The translations under genes and the position numbers were made by a program. From contig CAWBQK010000006.1 in assembly GCA_963791045.1 (NCBI GenBank), positions 288,001 to 352,000 on the forward strand: DNA of 64,000 nt, given 5' to 3'. This stretch comes from Candidatus Latescibacterota bacterium (lineage in GTDB: Bacteria > Krumholzibacteriota > Krumholzibacteriia > WVZY01). This document shows, in pieces, positions 59,146 to 64,000 of the stretch (positions are counted from its first letter, which is position 1; every line of letters starts with the position of its first letter). The notes beneath the pieces are model-generated. The model saw only the letters and a program-made list of their open reading frames with translations, made no database searches and was not told where the DNA came from.

Positions 59146-59926
59146 GGTTTGCCTAATTATTGTCTGCGTTCTCTCGGTGTTCGCACCGCCGGTTTTATCG
59201 CAGACAAGTGATTCATTTCTTATCCCCGGCGCGGACTTCTCGCAACTCGTCCTCGAAGCGGGTGGATGGTGTCGGTATCTTGTTGTCGATGAAGCACTTG
59301 GACAGGCTGACTCAACCGAGGTTTATATTGGAATCCCGGGGAGCGAAATCACCGAGCGGGGACGAGCGTATTGGGTCGAACTTGTGTCGACGCCGCTCCC
59401 GGCGGTTTCCGGTGGTGGCGAAGTTATCAAACTACTTGTCCTGGAGCAAATCACGGAATTTTCTGATGGAGATTCTCTTGGTCAATACGTGCTCAAACTC
59501 TATATTAAAAAAGGCGCCCAACCTATCGAAGAAAAGGATCCGGAAAGTTACGAGGACTTTTCTCTTATAGTGCCCACCGCTGAAGCGTTGTGGGAGTCCT
59601 CCCCGGGAACAGAAGTTTCCACGAAGGGAGGTGCTTTTAACTGTACGAAAAAAACGCGCAGCGCTCAGAGTAACCAGGAAATCCCCACCGGCAAAATCAA
59701 GCTGATCAAGAAATCACGGGATGATTACACCGTCTGGTTTTGCAACGACGTTCCAGTTTTCCGTTTGGTCAAATGCGTAATCGAGCGTTCCAGAGAGACC
59801 GATACGGTTCCACGAATTGCCGGGATCCCCGTTTCGGGGCCCAAATACTCGAGAACGGAAGCTGAGTTGACCGCGTTTGGCGATGACGCCACGCCAATCC
59901 TCGGAACCGGTGACTCGACCCGGTGA
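59135..59926 (+). CDS. Hypothetical secreted protein
   Basis: Signal-peptide-like N-terminus (LLTKVCLIIVCVLSVFAPPVLSQ); overlaps the stop of the upstream selenoprotein; EV.TKGG.F.C...VWF...VPV beta-rich tail. Confidence 0.7.
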   Translation: MLTKVCLIIVCVLSVFAPPVLSQTSDSFLIPGADFSQLVLEAGGWCRYLVVDEALGQADSTEVYIGIPGSEITERGRAYWVELVSTPLPAVSGGGEVIKLLVLEQITEFSDGDSLGQYVLKLYIKKGAQPIEEKDPESYEDFSLIVPTAEALWESSPGTEVSTKGGAFNCTKKTRSAQSNQEIPTGKIKLIKKSRDDYTVWFCNDVPVFRLVKCVIERSRETDTVPRIAGIPVSGPKYSRTEAELTAFGDDATPILGTGDSTR

Positions 59927-59949
59927 TCCGCACAAAGGAGGATGGCCCG

Positions 59950-62307
59950 ATGAGATACCCCTGGGGATTCATAGCTGTCTGCCTGGTGACAATCGCAGTC
60001 CTGGCACCGACCACCCCCCTTTCCGCTTTTACCCATTCCGAGACTCCCTCTCTCGTTGCCGTCGGTGAGACACCGAGCATTTCGGCTGAACGTTATTACG
60101 TTAATGCGCAGGCGGTCGATGAGTTGGAGTTGATTGCACTTCGCAAAGCACTCATCGAAAACGGCGCGCAGAAGGTGAATCTTTTTCTCCCCCAGAAAAT
60201 AATTGTCTGTGACGTGCCTGAGACCATGGATTTGGGGCGTTTCATCACGGACCCGCGAGTTTCATTCTTCGAGGAAGCCCAGGTCGGTCCGCGGCTGATC
60301 GCGGACAACGGCGGCGGTCTGGATTTCGTGAAGATGTGCTACGACCGGTTGCAGCGGCAATCTGCGGCCGGTGTGAACCACGATTTCAACGATGTCGTGG
60401 TGAGGTCCAGGCCGGAGGATATCGAGGCGTCAAAACACAAAATGACGATGTCTCCCGTGTCAGGCATGGTCGAGGAAAGGACCATCGAACAAAACTCGGA
60501 GTTTCTGGTTGGAGATATACTTGTTCAGCTCGTTTTTCCCGAGAGTGCGGGCAGTGCGGAAAACTGGACGGACGAGGTCATTGCCGATGCCGCATCGGGG
60601 GCGTTTGCCGCCGTGATGGATTTCCAGGCGCAGTTCGGTTTTGCTCCGATTCATTATGTGCTGAGGAGTGAATCGAAGGTGCCCACGACCTACGAGCCGA
60701 TTCGTACGGAGATGGACGAGCATGTCGAGTGGATCTATGAAGTCATGACAAACCTCGGAATCACGGCCGGCAGGTCGGCTGAACTGATGGTGCATGATTT
60801 CAACAACTTCTTCAGGCGATACTACGCGACCGACTGGGCGTTCACCGCGTTTATCGCGAACAGCGAGAACGCTCCGAACCACAGGTTCGCCGATCAGTTT
60901 TACACCGCATACGCGACGCTCGGCGGTCCCTATCTTGTGATACCATTTCCCGCGGGCGAGAATCCAAACGATATCGATCCCTGGCTCGTTTACTCCACAG
61001 TTTTTCAGCACGAGATGGGTCACGTTTTTTGGGCGCTCGATGAGTATCCTGCGGAGATCAACTTGTCCACGTGCTCCTCCCGTACAGGGTATCTCAATTA
61101 CGCGAACGGCAACAAGGTCACGCAGCTTCTCGATGGCACTTACGGACACTGTCCGGGAGTGGAAACCGAAGTCTGCATTATGTGGCTTGCCAAGGAGGAC
61201 CACGGCCGACCGGTCTGCCCATTCACGGAGGGGCAGCTCGGGATCATTGATTTTAACAAGAACAATATCCCCGATGTGTTCGATGCGGCCCCAATGGTTG
61301 AGTTCGAAGGCGCGGCGGTTGAAACCGTCCAGGCTCCCGATCTGACGATCAATATGAAGGCGATTGCGGGCGCCGTGCAAAATATTAACCCGCTCCAGGA
61401 TCCCGATGCCCGGCGAAGCTACGCGCCGCCGCTCAAGGACGCCGTGCTCACAGTCGACGGGATCGGCAATGTTCGGCTCTCGCCACAGGATGGCAGGTGG
61501 GACGAGACGGAGGAGGATCTGTCGATCACAATCAAGGGGATTAAGGTTGGGTTGACGGAAGTTGGCCTGACTGTCAGGAACTCGTTCGGGAAATCGTCCG
61601 CCGAGATCATCAAGAAGATTTATTTCGCCGGAATTAATTTCGCGTTGTTCGATGCCAAACCGAGATCCGACGGCATCGAGGTGAAGTGGAGCACCGTGGG
61701 CGAGACTTTTGGCGCGCGTTTGGATCTCTACAGGATCGACACGTCTTTCGGCGCGCCCGATACCACACTTCTCGCGGGAGATGTCCAGCCCAATCCGCAC
61801 TCTGGCGGCGCTTTCAATCAGTATGCGTATATGGACAAGGATATCCGTCCCGGCTACGACTACAGGTATTTCGTCGAAGGTTACTTCGAATTTGTTTACA
61901 ACGATACGACGATCGAGTACAACCCGGTTTCCGGCACGTTCGGGGCGCAGAGCATGTTCCCGATACCGTCCGGACAGCTGTCGTCTTACGTGTCGCCGAA
62001 CCCGTTCAACCACGTTACGAAGATATCGGTTCGTGTCCCCAACACGTATGCGGCACCTGTCGGAGACAACCCGAACGCGACGAATGGAGTATCCCAACCG
62101 CAGCAGTCGGATGTGGAAGTCACCGTGTTCGATGTTCAAGGCAAAAGGGTCAAACGGATATTCAAGGGAAGCATGTATGGGGGAGTGAGGAACTTCGAAT
62201 GGGACGGAACAAATGAGAACAACATCGCGGTTACATCGGGTGTCTACTTTGTTAAGACTAACGCTGGGCCCGCCGCCGAGGTTAGAAAGATAGTTCTGGT
62301 TCGGTAA
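59950..62307 (+). CDS. Secreted zinc metalloprotease-like protein with a C-terminal FlgD-Ig / T9SS-type sorting domain
   Basis: AAGGAG RBS, signal peptide, QHEMGHVFWALDEY with a Met-turn-like CIM, C-terminal SPNPFN...VFDVQGKRVK...WDG.N...TSGVYFV...KIVLVR. Confidence 0.8.
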   Translation: MRYPWGFIAVCLVTIAVLAPTTPLSAFTHSETPSLVAVGETPSISAERYYVNAQAVDELELIALRKALIENGAQKVNLFLPQKIIVCDVPETMDLGRFITDPRVSFFEEAQVGPRLIADNGGGLDFVKMCYDRLQRQSAAGVNHDFNDVVVRSRPEDIEASKHKMTMSPVSGMVEERTIEQNSEFLVGDILVQLVFPESAGSAENWTDEVIADAASGAFAAVMDFQAQFGFAPIHYVLRSESKVPTTYEPIRTEMDEHVEWIYEVMTNLGITAGRSAELMVHDFNNFFRRYYATDWAFTAFIANSENAPNHRFADQFYTAYATLGGPYLVIPFPAGENPNDIDPWLVYSTVFQHEMGHVFWALDEYPAEINLSTCSSRTGYLNYANGNKVTQLLDGTYGHCPGVETEVCIMWLAKEDHGRPVCPFTEGQLGIIDFNKNNIPDVFDAAPMVEFEGAAVETVQAPDLTINMKAIAGAVQNINPLQDPDARRSYAPPLKDAVLTVDGIGNVRLSPQDGRWDETEEDLSITIKGIKVGLTEVGLTVRNSFGKSSAEIIKKIYFAGINFALFDAKPRSDGIEVKWSTVGETFGARLDLYRIDTSFGAPDTTLLAGDVQPNPHSGGAFNQYAYMDKDIRPGYDYRYFVEGYFEFVYNDTTIEYNPVSGTFGAQSMFPIPSGQLSSYVSPNPFNHVTKISVRVPNTYAAPVGDNPNATNGVSQPQQSDVEVTVFDVQGKRVKRIFKGSMYGGVRNFEWDGTNENNIAVTSGVYFVKTNAGPAAEVRKIVLVR

Positions 62308-62612
62308 CTTGCCTGGTCCGCGGCGGTACAACCGTCAACCGAATCGACGCGGGATGTATTGATGTCGCGCGAGCGCGCTGGAGTTCGCGCGCGGATCAAC
62401 TGCGATCGCCGATACGTCGCCGCGTTTGATTGTTAGTGTCGACAACGTTGAAGAAATTCTTTCCGCACGTTGCTTTCCTACTGCAAGAGTTGATTTGTTG
62501 AAAGTAAAATCACTTTCACGCCGCGTACGCCTTGCACGCGCTCTCCCGTTGTGATATATTTCATCTGTTGCTGCTGTTTTACCGCTTTTTCGAATTGGCT
62601 TGCATTTTGTGC

Positions 62613-62641
62613 TTGACGGAATCCCCGAGATACTCTAATTT
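62613..62641 (+). promoter_or_regulatory. Putative sigma70 promoter
   Basis: TTGACG-17 nt-TAATTT in an AT-rich intergenic region. Confidence 0.5.
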
Positions 62642-62744
62642 TACACAAGATATTGTGTAGCATCTTCATCCAAGCACAGCATCCTGTGGCTCCCCAATTG
62701 GTGTTTTTAGACCGTTTTGCGCCATTTACCATGAGGAGAGTGTC

Positions 62745-62927
62745 ATGGGTAAGCCCGAAAAAGCGAACTTGTTGACCAAAGATAAAGAATATGTAAAGTA
62801 CGTTCAGCTTTTGCGGCGAGCGGAGATGGATGGTCGTTTGGATGGGAAGTACACATGCAGACTCTGTGGAATGAAGTTCCACACGAGAGAACAGAGTGAA
62901 GCATGTTGCAAGATTCCGGTCGCTTAG
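62745..62927 (+). CDS. Small zinc-finger-like protein
   Basis: GAGGAG RBS; 60 aa; YTCRLCGMKFHTREQSEACC. Confidence 0.65.
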   Translation: MGKPEKANLLTKDKEYVKYVQLLRRAEMDGRLDGKYTCRLCGMKFHTREQSEACCKIPVA

Positions 62928-62943
62928 AATCGGGTGAGCATCG

Positions 62944-63348
62944 ATGCCAGGAACAAAGACGAATATAATCAACCAATACTGTTCCGTATGCAAAGACCAC
63001 TTCGATATGGAAGTGGTCAAGCAGGGAAGCAGTAAGGGTGTGATTTGGTTGAAATGTCCGGGATGCCAGGGCTTCTTGCCCTACATGTCGGACGAGAACG
63101 AGGAGCCCTCGGATCGCGACGGCCAGCAGGGTGCGGGTAACGAACTCGCGCTCGAAGATCTGGATATCGAAACTGCGAAAGAGTACTCGGAATCCCAGAT
63201 CTACGATGTTGGCGATATCATCCATCACCGCTCATGGAACGACTTTGGGAAGATAATTTCCAAAGAGACGTTGCCCGGGAATCGCAGGACGATTTGTGTT
63301 CAGTTTCTGAGACAGGGAAAAATTCAGCTTCTCGAAGGGGTGGCATAG
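62944..63348 (+). CDS. Hypothetical protein: N-terminal zinc ribbon and C-terminal Tudor/SH3-like domain
   Basis: CSVC...CPGC, acidic linker, then Y.VGDIIHH..W.DFGKI...I.VQF...G...L. Confidence 0.7.
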   Translation: MPGTKTNIINQYCSVCKDHFDMEVVKQGSSKGVIWLKCPGCQGFLPYMSDENEEPSDRDGQQGAGNELALEDLDIETAKEYSESQIYDVGDIIHHRSWNDFGKIISKETLPGNRRTICVQFLRQGKIQLLEGVA

Positions 63349-64000
63349 GAACAGTCTTCTATAGTCTTCTTTCGAAGCCCCGGTTTTGGCCCGGCGTAAG
63401 GAACAGGTTTCTCCTTGCGGCCGGGTTATTGTCTTTAATAACGGCTTCCCCTGCCTATGCGATCGGCCCGTTCGAAGACGTCGCGCGATTGTCGACATTT
63501 TTGAGGTCGCCGCAGCGAGGGACCATCTCGAGCTCGATAACGCGGGCGAACGCGCAGGGCGAAGCCTCCTCCTTTTTCTGGCTCGCCGGCCAGGTCCCCG
63601 TCCGATCCAACTTCTTTTTGCAGGTAGATGTTCCGTATATATCCGTTGCGCGTGGCGAAGACATTGAGGATGGTTTTGGTGACATCAATGTTCTGGCCAG
63701 GGTCCGGGCCTGGGAAGGAAACCGGAAGCGGCTTTTCCTCATGGGGACATTCAGGCTCGGTTCGGGGTCTGCGTCTCTTTTTCCGTATTCGACGGCGAGC
63801 TCGGATGTCGAAATCGGACTGGCTTTCGTCGATTCCGTGGGGACGGTGTCAGGGATGGGTGGTTTGGAACCCCTCCGTTCGATCTCCTATTGGATGAATT
63901 TGTCAGCTTCTTATATTGTTCGACTCAACGACAGGCTCGACGAGGCCGAGCTTCACGGCGACCATCTCGATTTTGGCGGAGGCGTCATTTATCCGCTGAC
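63345..64000 (+). CDS. Probable outer-membrane beta-barrel protein (partial; absent from the ORF track)
   Basis: Manual translation gives an open frame: ...RNRFLLAAGLLSLITASPAYA|IGPFED...LQVDVPYI...EDGFGDINVLARVR...FGGGVIYPL. Start codon uncertain. Confidence 0.6.
   Translation, partial: MGTVFYSLLSKPRFWPGVRNRFLLAAGLLSLITASPAYAIGPFEDVARLSTFLRSPQRGTISSSITRANAQGEASSFFWLAGQVPVRSNFFLQVDVPYISVARGEDIEDGFGDINVLARVRAWEGNRKRLFLMGTFRLGSGSASLFPYSTASSDVEIGLAFVDSVGTVSGMGGLEPLRSISYWMNLSASYIVRLNDRLDEAELHGDHLDFGGGVIYPL

Noticed and set aside
60460-62331. 623-aa minus-strand ORF
   Set aside because: Antisense shadow of the metalloprotease gene, with no motifs or RBS; expected from GC-rich codon bias.
63455-63742. 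Minus-strand 95-aa ORF
   Set aside because: It is antisense to a longer plus-strand frame that has a signal peptide and a beta-barrel pattern.

Overview
64 kb of a moderately GC-rich bacterial chromosome, almost all housekeeping and mostly on the + strand. No tRNA, rRNA, CRISPR array, transposase or phage gene was recognised. The gene mix (PorX-type REC-PglZ regulator next to tsaE, fused FTCD, long LptD, secreted protein with a FlgD/T9SS-like C-terminal domain) suggests an FCB-superphylum diderm such as Latescibacterota, Krumholzibacteria or Eisenbacteria; this is inference. Main blocks are natAB-pgeF, ggt, a rhodanese, tkt-tal-fbaB, zf-TFIIB/lemA/htpX, ftcd, a PyrR-attenuated pyr operon, a nucleotide-sugar/Wzx/WecA cluster, hemC-like/serS, histidine kinase-porX-tsaE-tsaB-rimI-punA, accD-folC-ROK-lptD, and HU. 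The best finding is a probable selenoprotein that the ORF track splits in two (57742..59145). It has a signal peptide, a UshA-like domain with a C-G-U(TGA) motif, a SECIS-like hairpin spaced as in E. coli fdhF, and a 4xCxxCH cytochrome c domain, and it heads a three-gene secreted-protein operon. Also notable are a full-length HemC homologue lacking the catalytic Asp and cofactor Cys, a rhodanese with Ser at the catalytic Cys position, a covarying dispersed structured repeat (two inverted copies), and an intact PyrR attenuator. Clusters of mostly single-base-insertion frameshifts (about 1.4, 17.5-19.9, 37.3-37.6 and 39.2 kb) look like long-read consensus errors rather than real pseudogenes.
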